From a virus (taxonomy: Duplodnaviria; Caudoviricetes): a stretch of DNA of 33,516 bases. Under the pieces are notes generated by a model, which made no database searches, had not been told where the DNA came from, and worked only from the letters and a program-made list of their open reading frames with translations. This document shows, piece after piece, positions 17,046 through 24,993 of this stretch (position 1 is the stretch's first letter; each line of letters opens with the position of its first letter). Location: IMG/VR virus record IMGVR_UViG_3300014312_000012, positions 1 to 33,516 of that record. One strand, written 5' to 3'. A program made the position numbers and the translations under genes.

Positions 17046-17592
17046 GGCGCTGCTCGCGGGTCATGCCGAGCTTGACCATGTCGGCCCGCTTGAGGACCGG
17101 CCGAGGCTCGTTGGTGATGGGGTCGATGTACGTCTTGGTCGCCGGCGTCGGGTCGGGGACCACGGGCGCGGCGGCGATGGGCTCCCGGCCGTCGGACCAA
17201 TTCAGCTTCGAGCCCGGGGCCTGGGGGTTCTCGGGCTGCTCGGGCTTGTGCTCGGGCACGGCCGAGCGCCGGCCCAGCTCGAAGAGGCGGATCGCTCCCG
17301 ATGGCGTGTGGGCCAGCGCGGCGGCGCGGTCGAGCTGCCAATTCACGTCGCGCTTCCCGGTGATCGGCGGCTCCTTGCCGATCCAGTCGTCGAGGGTGTC
17401 GCTGATGGGTCGGTCGCTGTCGAAGAGGACCTCGACGCCGGCCTCGCGCTTGATCGACTTGCCCGAGCGAAGGAATACTTCGACGTTGATGAGGTTCGGG
17501 CGGTCGGTGATCGGCGTGACGCTGCACTTCTGCACGTCAGTCCGTCGGTCGAGGGCCCGGGTGAGCACGGCGCAGAGGGAAGGGACGTTCAT
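16999..17592 (-). CDS. hypothetical protein, probably leaderless
   Basis: 197 aa. TACAAT (17604-17599), 6 nt, then ATG with no SD, just downstream of a terminator. Confidence 0.7.
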   Translation of the reverse strand: MNVPSLCAVLTRALDRRTDVQKCSVTPITDRPNLINVEVFLRSGKSIKREAGVEVLFDSDRPISDTLDDWIGKEPPITGKRDVNWQLDRAAALAHTPSGAIRLFELGRRSAVPEHKPEQPENPQAPGSKLNWSDGREPIAAAPVVPDPTPATKTYIDPITNEPRPVLKRADMVKLGMTREQRHEQYKRQGGPHPDDE

Positions 17593-17616
17593 GCCGCGAT
17601 TGTACCGGGGCCCATG

Positions 17617-17645
17617 AAAAAGGCCGAGCCCCGAGGGGCCCGGCC
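17617..17645 (-). terminator. intrinsic terminator
   Basis: GGCCGGGCCC-CTCG-GGGCTCGGCC followed by TTTTT. Confidence 0.75.
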
Positions 17646-17668
17646 ATCTATGAGTACCGCGGCGAGCA

Positions 17669-18358
17669 TCACGCCGGCGGGCAGACGTTGAGGGCTTCGG
17701 CGATGTACTGCTTGGCCGAGTTGAAGCGGGCGTCGCCCTGGGTGAGATTCAGGGCCGCGCTCAAGAGCTGGCGAACGCGGACCTCGTAGCTCGCGCTGGG
17801 CGTCTGATAGGGCAGGGTCGGGTCGAGGGCCTTCTTGAGCTCGCCGGCGAGGAAGCGTTCGGCGTCGGTGACGGTTTCGTTGCTCGGGTCGAGCGCGGCC
17901 TCGATGACGTCCTCGACGGTTTCAAGCCGCACGACGGGCGTGCCGAGCTTCTCGAACCGCTCGACCTGCTGCATCGTGTACTCGCCGGCCTGAGATTCGG
18001 CGAGGGCCTGGGCGACGTCCTTGTAGAGCTCGACGTACTCGGGCTCGAAGCCGCCTTCGGCTTGCATGTTCTCCATCCGCTCGATCTTCGCGTCGAGCGC
18101 GGCCCGTAGCTCATCATGGCCCGTAGCTTCGGGGGTCGCGTCGGCTGGGGAATCGGGCGGCGAGTCGCTGGTCGTCGGGGCAGGGTCCTCCGAGCTGGAC
18201 GAGCTTGCGGGGGCTTCGAGCTGTCCCGCCTGTGGGTCCAACGAGGCCGGGGATTCCTGCGTATGCGGGCTCTGCGCTGGGGAAGAGCCGACGGCAGGAT
18301 CGGCAGGCGCGGGCGAGCTCTCGGACGTGGTCGATGGCGAAGGGGATGAGTCGTTCAT
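17669..18358 (-). CDS. hypothetical protein with S/P-rich disordered N-terminus
   Basis: GGAG 7 nt before ATG 18358; acidic helical C-terminal domain. Confidence 0.7.
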   Translation of the reverse strand: MNDSSPSPSTTSESSPAPADPAVGSSPAQSPHTQESPASLDPQAGQLEAPASSSSSEDPAPTTSDSPPDSPADATPEATGHDELRAALDAKIERMENMQAEGGFEPEYVELYKDVAQALAESQAGEYTMQQVERFEKLGTPVVRLETVEDVIEAALDPSNETVTDAERFLAGELKKALDPTLPYQTPSASYEVRVRQLLSAALNLTQGDARFNSAKQYIAEALNVCPPA

Positions 18359-18692
18359 TCACGGGCTCCGGGGGTAGGGGGTAGGAAAACACGCCGGCCG
18401 CGAGGCAGGCGAAGAAGTCATCGACGCGGAGCTTGTAGAGCTGCCGGCCGATTGAGGGCGGGTAGTGCGGGCTCTCGATGTAGAGCATCGCCTCGTCGTT
18501 GTCGCGCATGAGCACGTCGAGGCGGGCGAGGTCGCGGAGCTTGGGCCTGGATTCCACGAGCCAGCGCCGAAGGATGAACGGCACGAGCTCAAGGTGCTCG
18601 GGGAAGTGATGGCCGAGGCTACCAGTCCAGCTCGGCGCGGCCGTCGGGGTCGTACGGCGGCGGGTCAAGTTTCGGCGGGCTTGTCGGGTCAT
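18114..18692 (-). CDS. hypothetical protein overlapping both neighbours
   Basis: This frame shows the clearest coding-like bias across 18360-18620 (ELVPFILRRWLVES...LYKLRVDDFF). AGGA before ATG 18692. Confidence 0.5.
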   Translation of the reverse strand: MTRQARRNLTRRRTTPTAAPSWTGSLGHHFPEHLELVPFILRRWLVESRPKLRDLARLDVLMRDNDEAMLYIESPHYPPSIGRQLYKLRVDDFFACLAAGVFSYPLPPEPVNERLIPFAIDHVRELARACRSCRRLFPSAEPAYAGIPGLVGPTGGTARSPRKLVQLGGPCPDDQRLAARFPSRRDPRSYGP

Positions 18693-18975
18693 CGTCGTCC
18701 TGCTTCTGTGCTACGAAGCGCTGAGGGGATTGGTCGTTGCCCTGGGCCATGATGGCGATGAGGCGGTTGATCCGGGCAAGCATCGCCGTCCGGTCGAGGC
18801 CCCGGTGATCGGCGACGTGCCCGAGCTGCATGTTGATCCCGTTGACCAGCGCCGCGATCAGCAGCTCGAAGTCTGCGTCGCTCTTCACTCGCTGCGAGGT
18901 CAAGCTGAACGAGGGATTGCCGTCGTCGCCAAGCACGACGAGGGCCTCGACGTGGGGGCGGTGCTCGCCGTCCAT
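18619..18975 (-). CDS. hypothetical protein
   Basis: 118 aa, TAATG-coupled to the upstream gene. Confidence 0.7.
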   Translation of the reverse strand: MDGEHRPHVEALVVLGDDGNPSFSLTSQRVKSDADFELLIAALVNGINMQLGHVADHRGLDRTAMLARINRLIAIMAQGNDQSPQRFVAQKQDDDDPTSPPKLDPPPYDPDGRAELDW

Positions 18976-19313
18976 TACGAGTTGTGCATGACGCCGACGA
19001 TGGCGGTCATGCTGGCCTCTTTGATCTTGCGGATGGCGACGCGCCGGTCGTCCCCGTTGCGGGTTTCGTTCGTCACGACCTGGGCGAAGGCCGCGGCGGC
19101 TGCGTTGATGCGTCGAATCTGCTCGGCCTGCTCGGCGGTGGGCTTGGAGCTCTCGAAGAGCAGTTGGAGCCGGTTATCGGTGACGCGGACGCGCTCGAGC
19201 TGGGTGGTGTCGATGGGCTTCTCGACCTCGGCGACCTCGACCTCGGCGGGCTTGTCGTCAACGCCGGGGGGGGTCGAGGGCTTGGTCGGCTTCTTCGTGT
19301 TCTTGGTCGCCAT
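18975..19313 (-). CDS. Acb2/Tad1-like helical-hairpin protein (candidate anti-defence nucleotide sponge)
   Basis: LFESSKPTAEQAEQIRRINAAAAAFAQVV...DDRRVAIRKIKEASMTAIVGV matches the F.yh.P..eQ....ir..a...a..i......r..slA.tkl.Ea.M.An pattern. AGGAG before ATG 19313. Confidence 0.6.
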   Translation of the reverse strand: MATKNTKKPTKPSTPPGVDDKPAEVEVAEVEKPIDTTQLERVRVTDNRLQLLFESSKPTAEQAEQIRRINAAAAAFAQVVTNETRNGDDRRVAIRKIKEASMTAIVGVMHNS

Positions 19314-19346
19314 GTTCGAGGCTCCTGGGATGGGGTGGGGGCGTGC

Positions 19347-19377
19347 AGGATCGCCCGACGTGTTCACTTTGTCAACC
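19347..19377 (-). promoter_or_regulatory. promoter/operator upstream of the Acb2-like gene
   Basis: TTGACA (19375-19370, containing the terL stop), 17 nt, GATCCT. TGTTCAC-TT-TGTCAACC matches the tRNA promoter site at 15/17. Confidence 0.55.
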
Positions 19378-21141
19378 CTTCGAGCGGTAGCGGCTCTTGC
19401 GTTTGCCCGGGTCGTCGGCCAGCTCTTCGGCGAGGTTCATGATGTCGCCGAACGAGCCGGGCCGGTACGGCCGCTGGGGCTTGACGTAGTGGATGATCTC
19501 GCGGGCCCCGTGGTAGAGGTAGGCCGCTGCCATGACGAGGTCGTCGTGCTCGCCCGAGGGGGCCCCGGTCGTCATCTGCGTCGAGTTTTCGAGGTCGTCG
19601 AGGACGTCGGTTTTGTTCTTGGGCCTGAACTGATAGCGCTTGATCTCCTGATGCAGCGTGTCGGAGCGGACCACGAGCGAGCGGGTCCTCACGCCGACGC
19701 GAAGGTTCGGGATGATCGTGTCGGCCGTGCTGCGGTGGTGGCCCAGCAGGTCGGAGAAGCGCCGGGCCTTTGTTTCCTCGCGGCGCTGATGGTAGAGGTA
19801 GCCGTAGCCCATCTCGTCGTAGAGCCGGCGAAGGCACGGGAGCCCGACCTGCCGCTCGCCGACGATGAAGGCCTCGAAGTAGAGCACGCCCAGCATGTAG
19901 AGGACCTCGGCGAAGAACACGTCGCCCCAATGGCCGTGAGCCTCGGCGACCTGGACGACCTGCCCGTCGGCGGTTTTGCGCCCGATGACCGCTGCGTCGT
20001 AGTCTTTCCCGACGAGCCCATAAGCGAAGTCGGCCCCGATGATGTAGTTGGCCCGTTCCTCGAAGATCGGGGGCTCGTAGATCGTGATGCGGCCGTTGTC
20101 GAGCGGCAGGTTCGCCCGCCACTGGAAGAGCTCGCGGTAGTCGGTCGTGCCGTAGAAGCGGTGCGTGTTCTGCTCGCGCGGGCCGGTGTAGGCCGTCACG
20201 TCCTCGCCTGTCTCGTCGGGCAGGAAGATGAGGGTCCCGCTCTCGCCTTCTTCCAGCTCGTCGAACATGCCCTTCACGGCCTTCGCATCGAACACCGCCT
20301 CGCCGGTGAAGTCGGCGTAGCCGCCGCCGGTGCGGACTTCGAGCTCCTTCTCGCTCACGCCCTGGACCTCGGCGTAGTGCTGGGCGTCCTCGTCGCTCAT
20401 GACCGGGTTATCAGTGATGCCGCCGCGGTCCCATAGGAAGGTGCGGGGGTGGGTTTGCAGCTCGAGGAACTCGGCATGTACGAGGCCCTGATCCCTGAAC
20501 CACTTTTCGACGGGCGCGACGATGTCGCGGATGAACCAAGTGAGGCCCTGCGTCATCGTCGCGGCGACCATGTAGCGCGTTTTCTTCTCGCCACGCCGGC
20601 GGAACATCATTTCGACCCATAGCTTGCGGTCGGGGTGCTCGTCGAAGTACACGGCATCGATCTCGACGCCCTGGATCGCGGTCCAATCCGAGTCGGCCGA
20701 CAAGACGTAGCAGCGCGAGCCGTTCGGCCATGCCCAATAATGCCGGGCCTCGTTCCACTTCCAGCCTCGTGTAAAGAGGGCTTCGAGGTCGGGCTTCATG
20801 ATCTCGAATTGCTGGTATTTCTGGCAAATCCAGATAGCCGTAGTCGGCCGGTCGTACCCGTTCATCGCGCGGGGCATGACCTGCGGCTTGAAGGGATCGT
20901 TCCGCTGCATGAGCAGGTCGAGGTCGACCGCCATGATGGTCGTCTTGCCCCAGCCGTTGCCCGGGATGAGGATGCGGAAGTCGTGGGCCGAGCTGAGGGC
21001 CTGGACCTGCCCCTTGTCGTGCGGGGAGAACTGCCAGCTCGGGCGGTTCTGCCTGAGCCAGTCGAGCGCCTTGATCGACCGGACGGCTTGAGCTGCTGCG
21101 GCGAGCTCGGCGGCGCTGAGGATTTCGCTGATCTTGCCCAC
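19372..21141 (-). CDS. terL: terminase large subunit
   Basis: Walker A PGNGWGKTT, Walker B VYFDEHP, coupling motif ATMT, RNase H-like nuclease IIGADFAYG and HDDLVMA. Confidence 0.92.
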   Translation of the reverse strand: MGKISEILSAAELAAAAQAVRSIKALDWLRQNRPSWQFSPHDKGQVQALSSAHDFRILIPGNGWGKTTIMAVDLDLLMQRNDPFKPQVMPRAMNGYDRPTTAIWICQKYQQFEIMKPDLEALFTRGWKWNEARHYWAWPNGSRCYVLSADSDWTAIQGVEIDAVYFDEHPDRKLWVEMMFRRRGEKKTRYMVAATMTQGLTWFIRDIVAPVEKWFRDQGLVHAEFLELQTHPRTFLWDRGGITDNPVMSDEDAQHYAEVQGVSEKELEVRTGGGYADFTGEAVFDAKAVKGMFDELEEGESGTLIFLPDETGEDVTAYTGPREQNTHRFYGTTDYRELFQWRANLPLDNGRITIYEPPIFEERANYIIGADFAYGLVGKDYDAAVIGRKTADGQVVQVAEAHGHWGDVFFAEVLYMLGVLYFEAFIVGERQVGLPCLRRLYDEMGYGYLYHQRREETKARRFSDLLGHHRSTADTIIPNLRVGVRTRSLVVRSDTLHQEIKRYQFRPKNKTDVLDDLENSTQMTTGAPSGEHDDLVMAAAYLYHGAREIIHYVKPQRPYRPGSFGDIMNLAEELADDPGKRKSRYRSKG

Positions 21142-21150
21142 GTCGCCATC

Positions 21151-21369
21151 CTACGCCCGGGGGGCCTCCCAAAGCGAGCGTTCGAGGCTGTCGGCCATGT
21201 CGGCCATCGCCTCGGCCTTCCTGGCGAGCACGAGCTCGATGAAAAAACCCCGGCAGGGCTCGGGCTCCGATCCGAGTGCCGGGGCTGGCAAAGAAGCCGC
21301 GGTCGGTCCCGGCAGACGAGGGGCGAGTGTTGCCGCCGCCATCGTCTTGAGGAACTGCCGGCGGTTCAT
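21151..21369 (-). CDS. 72-aa protein: twin-arginine-like N-terminus plus capsid-helix-like C-terminus
   Basis: MNRRQFLKTMAAATLAP...FFIELVLARKAEAMADMADSLERSLWEAPRA. TAATG-coupled to the upstream gene and fills the gap before terL. It is the last 72 codons of the track's 758-aa ORF. Confidence 0.75.
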   Translation of the reverse strand: MNRRQFLKTMAAATLAPRLPGPTAASLPAPALGSEPEPCRGFFIELVLARKAEAMADMADSLERSLWEAPRA

Positions 21370-22217
21370 TACGAGGCCGCGTTGAGGTTGCGCTTGAGGA
21401 AGCCTTGCCCGTCGAAGTCGACGTTGCCCGCCGCTGCGACGCCGTACAAGGTGAGGCCCGCTTCGAGCTCGACCTGATTCTCGATGCAGAGCTCGCGCCC
21501 GCCGTTGGCCGCGTAGTCGCCGGCGACGTACTTGCGGCCGGTGAACACGGTGGGGATGAGCACGATGTACCCGTCGGCCGTGCCGTCGGCGACCGACGCG
21601 ACGCTGATCGTGGTCGTGCCGGCGGTGCTGTCGTAGCTGACGGCCGTGACGGTGTAGTTGCTGCCGCCGTTGTCGTTGCCCGTCGAGCCATCGACGCGGA
21701 AGAGCCGGCCGACCTTGAAGAACTTGCGTTGGTCCCCGCTGATCGTGAGGGTGTTCGAGCCCGCCGAGGCCGCGGTGATCGCCCAAGTTTTCCAATAGAG
21801 CGTACCGTCGGCCGTGCCGTCGGCGACCGCCGCGACGCTGATCGTCGTCCGGTCGGTGTAGAGGTCGTAGCTGATGGCGGTGACGGTGTAGGCCGCGTCG
21901 TTGCCCGTCGAGCCGAGGACGTAGAACACCGAGCCGACCGCGAGGAAGTGCGTCACGTCGCCCGGGATCGTGAAGGTGTCGGCCCCGGTGCTGGCCGAGG
22001 CGATGGCGACGCCGCCGGCGTAGTCGGCGTAGAAGTAACAGTCGCCGCCGGCGGTGCTCACGAGCCCGAGCTGCTCGACCCTGAGCTGCTCGTTCGGGCC
22101 GATGTGGTAGCGCCCGCCGTTCTGGCGATAGATCGGGATGAGCAGGCCAGCGGCCGCGCTCGTGCCTTCTGCGAGCTCGAAGTGCAGGTTCTCGCCCTGG
22201 GGGAAGCCGGTGGTCAT
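21369..22217 (-). CDS. virion-associated protein with a duplicated beta-domain
   Basis: Two copies of I..AS.G..T.TI.GD...F..VG..F.V.GSTGND...YTVTA.SYD....TTISVA.VADGTADG. Confidence 0.75.
   Translation of the reverse strand: MTTGFPQGENLHFELAEGTSAAAGLLIPIYRQNGGRYHIGPNEQLRVEQLGLVSTAGGDCYFYADYAGGVAIASASTGADTFTIPGDVTHFLAVGSVFYVLGSTGNDAAYTVTAISYDLYTDRTTISVAAVADGTADGTLYWKTWAITAASAGSNTLTISGDQRKFFKVGRLFRVDGSTGNDNGGSNYTVTAVSYDSTAGTTTISVASVADGTADGYIVLIPTVFTGRKYVAGDYAANGGRELCIENQVELEAGLTLYGVAAAGNVDFDGQGFLKRNLNAAS
21571..21845. repeat. intragenic direct repeat (234-nt period)
   Basis: 21571-21611 and 21805-21845 are identical at 40/41 positions. Confidence 0.85.
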
Positions 22218-22253
22218 GTCGAAGCCCCTTTCGTGCTGGAATCATACCACGGG

Positions 22254-23039
22254 TTACGACAAGCCCGAAGCGTTCCAAATGTTCGTGATTTGCTCCTGGG
22301 GGAGCGCGGTGTTCCAGAAGGCGACCGGGCCCAGCTTGGAGCCGACGCCGGGCGTCGCGCTCGTCGGGGCTGCGGTGCATCCGGCGTTGAAGAAGTTGAG
22401 CGTGTCCACGGTGTAGGTCCCCGAGAGCGCGTTCGTCGTGCCGCTGATCTCGACCGCGTCGATGTACATTTTGGCGACGCCGCCCGAGTACGTCGCGGTA
22501 ATCATGTGCCACGTCCCGTCCTTGAAGGTGACGTTCGACGCGGTGAACAGGATCGTCCGACCGCCGGCGTTGTTGTAGCTGTCGAGAATCAAGCTCGTCC
22601 CGAGCTGCCTGATCGCCACGTTCGAGACAGTGGCGCTCGGTGCGGCTGCGAGCGCGAACGAGGCGGGACAGTGGTTGCTCGTGGTCAAAGCAAAGGCGTT
22701 CATCGTGAACGCCGCCGGCAAGGTGCTGATCGTCCCGACGTTGTTCCAAGCGACGTTCGCGCTGAGGACGTTGATGCCCGGGGGCAGGTTGCCGTCGCGG
22801 TCGGCCGTGTTTTGGTAGCTGAAAAACGAGTTGAAGCTCGGGTTGCCGGCCTGCCGGTGCGTCGCGGGGTTGTCGTTGGCCGAGTAGTCGGTGAGCCCGG
22901 GGTTGTTCTTGGCGACGGCCAGCTCGTCGCTCCCCTCGAAGTACGCGAGCACGCTGGCCGACGACTGATTGAGCGTAATCGACTGTAGGGACGATCCGCC
23001 TGGGCTGATGGTTATGCTGCCGATGATCTTGGCGAACAT
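22254..23039 (-). CDS. LamG/concanavalin A-like jelly-roll protein
   Basis: DGTWHMITATYSGGVAKMYIDAVE...PVAFWNTALPQEQITNIWN is a LamG-like signature. GGAG SD. Confidence 0.8.
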   Translation of the reverse strand: MFAKIIGSITISPGGSSLQSITLNQSSASVLAYFEGSDELAVAKNNPGLTDYSANDNPATHRQAGNPSFNSFFSYQNTADRDGNLPPGINVLSANVAWNNVGTISTLPAAFTMNAFALTTSNHCPASFALAAAPSATVSNVAIRQLGTSLILDSYNNAGGRTILFTASNVTFKDGTWHMITATYSGGVAKMYIDAVEISGTTNALSGTYTVDTLNFFNAGCTAAPTSATPGVGSKLGPVAFWNTALPQEQITNIWNASGLS

Positions 23040-23360
23040 GAAGAGAGGCTCCGAAGTCGATGATAACTTCCGGGGGCCTGCGGAGCACGGGGTTCGGGGC
23101 AGAGCCCCGCGGCCTGTGCTCGTTCTCGCCTCTTGTGAGTAAGAGTACCAGAGAAGTATTTATAAGGCAGTTTTGTCTTTTTCCCGTAGTAGCGCGCTGC
23201 TGTCGGTTGTGTGGAAAACAGTTTTCCACAAAGCGTAAGCGGCTGCAATTTATAGACGTATTGCAATCGGCGACCGAGTTATCCCGGTGGATTCTACGGG
23301 GGCGCTTTGTGGTGTTATGTCGGTTGTCGTGTGAAGCTGGGTAATCTGCGGAGTTATCCC
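23040..23360. other. AT-rich intergenic region with DnaA boxes; candidate replication origin or control region
   Basis: Palindrome TGTGGAAAAC-A-GTTTTCCACA (23210-23230) gives two TTTTCCACA boxes. GAGTTATCCC occurs at 23276 and 23351. Clearly more AT-rich than the flanks. Confidence 0.55.
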
Positions 23361-23671
23361 CGGATGATCCCCTGTTGTGCCGACACAAGCCGACAAGCGA
23401 TCTTTTCGGCGAGCTCGACGTCGTCACGGGCCAGCGCGACGGCCCGGTCGGTGATGGTGACGGTGATCTTCGTGAGCCGCTCCCGAGGCAGGTAGCAGGC
23501 CTCGTAGGCCGCTTCTCGAAGGATGGCCGCGTGGTAGGCCTGTCGAAGCCGTCGGACGTGTACGAGCTCCCGCTCGGCCTCGGAGAGCTCGACGGGCTGG
23601 CCGGCCCGTAGGCGAGCGAGGAAGGCCCTACGGCGGTTCTTGACGATGTGCAGGGGCTCGTGTCGGGGCAT
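23354..23671 (-). CDS. hypothetical basic protein
   Basis: 105 aa from ATG 23671 (MPRHEPLH...), 2 nt after the upstream stop. Confidence 0.6.
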   Translation of the reverse strand: MPRHEPLHIVKNRRRAFLARLRAGQPVELSEAERELVHVRRLRQAYHAAILREAAYEACYLPRERLTKITVTITDRAVALARDDVELAEKIACRLVSAQQGIIRG

Positions 23672-23673
23672 GT

Positions 23674-24069
23674 TCAGCTCGTGAAGGCGAAGGACCGCTC
23701 GCGTTCCCACGGGGGGCCGACGCGGGCCCAGGCGACGCGCCCGCATCCGTGACAGCGGCCCCAAAAGACGACGATCCGAAGCATGTCGGCGTCGATGAAC
23801 TCGTAGCGCAGCAGGTCGAGGACGCGGACCTCGCCGGGCTCGGGCACGGCCGTCGGCTGGAAGTGCTCGGGCTGCAAGAACGAGCAGGCGCAGTAGCGAC
23901 GCAAGCAGCGGGTCGGGATCGACGGCACGCATAGCGCCAGCTCGACGCCGGCCCGCTTGGACTGGCCCGGGGTGTAGAGCTCGCCGATGAACTCCCACGG
24001 CACGTCCTGAGCCGCGAGCATTTCGGCCGGGCATCCCTCGGCCCTGATGATCGCGGTGTCGTTCATCAT
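23674..24069 (-). CDS. Cys-rich hypothetical protein (possible Zn-binding)
   Basis: CLRRYCAC and CHGC motifs; ATGA-coupled. Confidence 0.65.
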   Translation of the reverse strand: MMNDTAIIRAEGCPAEMLAAQDVPWEFIGELYTPGQSKRAGVELALCVPSIPTRCLRRYCACSFLQPEHFQPTAVPEPGEVRVLDLLRYEFIDADMLRIVVFWGRCHGCGRVAWARVGPPWERERSFAFTS

Positions 24070-24326
24070 CGGATTGTCTCGACGACGAGCTCCCAGGCCT
24101 CGAGCTTCTCGGCGTAGCGGAGCGGGGCGAGCTCGACGGTCGGCTCATCGACGCCCAGCCAGTCGGCCATCACTTCGTACGCCTGCTGCCCAGCATGTAC
24201 GACCGCGCTGCCCGCGTGCTTGTAGGTGTACCCAGCAGCTCGAAGCAGGCGGCGGGCCTCCTTCATGAGCGCGTCGGAGCTGTGCGGGTGCTTGCTCGGG
24301 CCGATGAGCTTCTCGGGCGGGGTCAT
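24066..24326 (-). CDS. hypothetical protein
   Basis: 86 aa, ATGA-coupled on both sides. Confidence 0.65.
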   Translation of the reverse strand: MTPPEKLIGPSKHPHSSDALMKEARRLLRAAGYTYKHAGSAVVHAGQQAYEVMADWLGVDEPTVELAPLRYAEKLEAWELVVETIR

Positions 24327-24760
24327 ACGCTTCGGGTTCCGGTGATGGTGATGACGGTGACGAGCTGCGTCGTCGTGAGGAACTTGGTGCGGACCTGATC
24401 GACGTCGAGCTCGAGCGCCTCGCGGTCGTCGTCGAAGATGATCCCGATGCCGCCCTGCGTCCCGCGGCCGCGCTGGTTGGCGTGGAGCTTGGGCTTCCGC
24501 ATCGCGTCGACGAGCGGCTTGAGCGAGCCCATGAGGTTATCCGCGTCGAGCGGCTGGCGTCGGCCCTGATAGAGCCGGCAGATGCTCACACGCACGGGGC
24601 CGGTGAACACGGGGACGCGGCCGTACTTGCGGATGCAGGCCAGATAGAGCAGGTCCTTCGCGTGCTGCTTGTGCTTTCGTACCCCGCTCCAATGCGCGTG
24701 AACGACCGCGTTGAGCGACGGGGGCCAGTAGTCGGGGAGCCAAAGCGTTACCTCGTCCAT
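24323..24760 (-). CDS. rusA: RusA-like Holliday junction resolvase
   Basis: PPSLN...W, catalytic DADNLMGSLKPLVDAM and GIIFDDD. Confidence 0.8.
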   Translation of the reverse strand: MDEVTLWLPDYWPPSLNAVVHAHWSGVRKHKQHAKDLLYLACIRKYGRVPVFTGPVRVSICRLYQGRRQPLDADNLMGSLKPLVDAMRKPKLHANQRGRGTQGGIGIIFDDDREALELDVDQVRTKFLTTTQLVTVITITGTRSV

Positions 24761-24979
24761 TTACTCCCGCTCTCTCGCCTCGATGAGCTCTTCCAGGGCC
24801 TTGATCTGCTTCTTGAGCTGCACGACCTCGGCGACGGCCTCGTTGACCTCGTGGGTGAGCACTTCAACCGACGCCCGCATGTAGACGAGCTCGAAGTAGC
24901 GGCGATGCGCGACCTCCTGCTGCTCGGCCAGCTCACGCAGCAGCTCCCGGCGTGGTCGTAGGAATCGGGGGAGCTTCAT
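24761..24979 (-). CDS. small coiled-coil protein, probably leaderless
   Basis: MKLPRFLRPRRELL...LKKQIKALEELIEARERE. TACATT (24992-24987), 7 nt, then ATG. Operator-like GTTGAC-N3-GTACCT at 24981-24995. Confidence 0.65.
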   Translation of the reverse strand: MKLPRFLRPRRELLRELAEQQEVAHRRYFELVYMRASVEVLTHEVNEAVAEVVQLKKQIKALEELIEARERE

Positions 24980-24993
24980 GGTTGACAATGTAC

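Noticed and set aside
21571-21845. Repeat pair as DGR template/variable repeats
   Set aside because: Both copies are in-frame domains of one CDS and no reverse transcriptase is present in the window.
21370-23427. 758-aa minus ORF as a single protein
   Set aside because: Arg/His-rich off-frame text across two real genes and the AT-rich region; only the last 72 codons look genuine.
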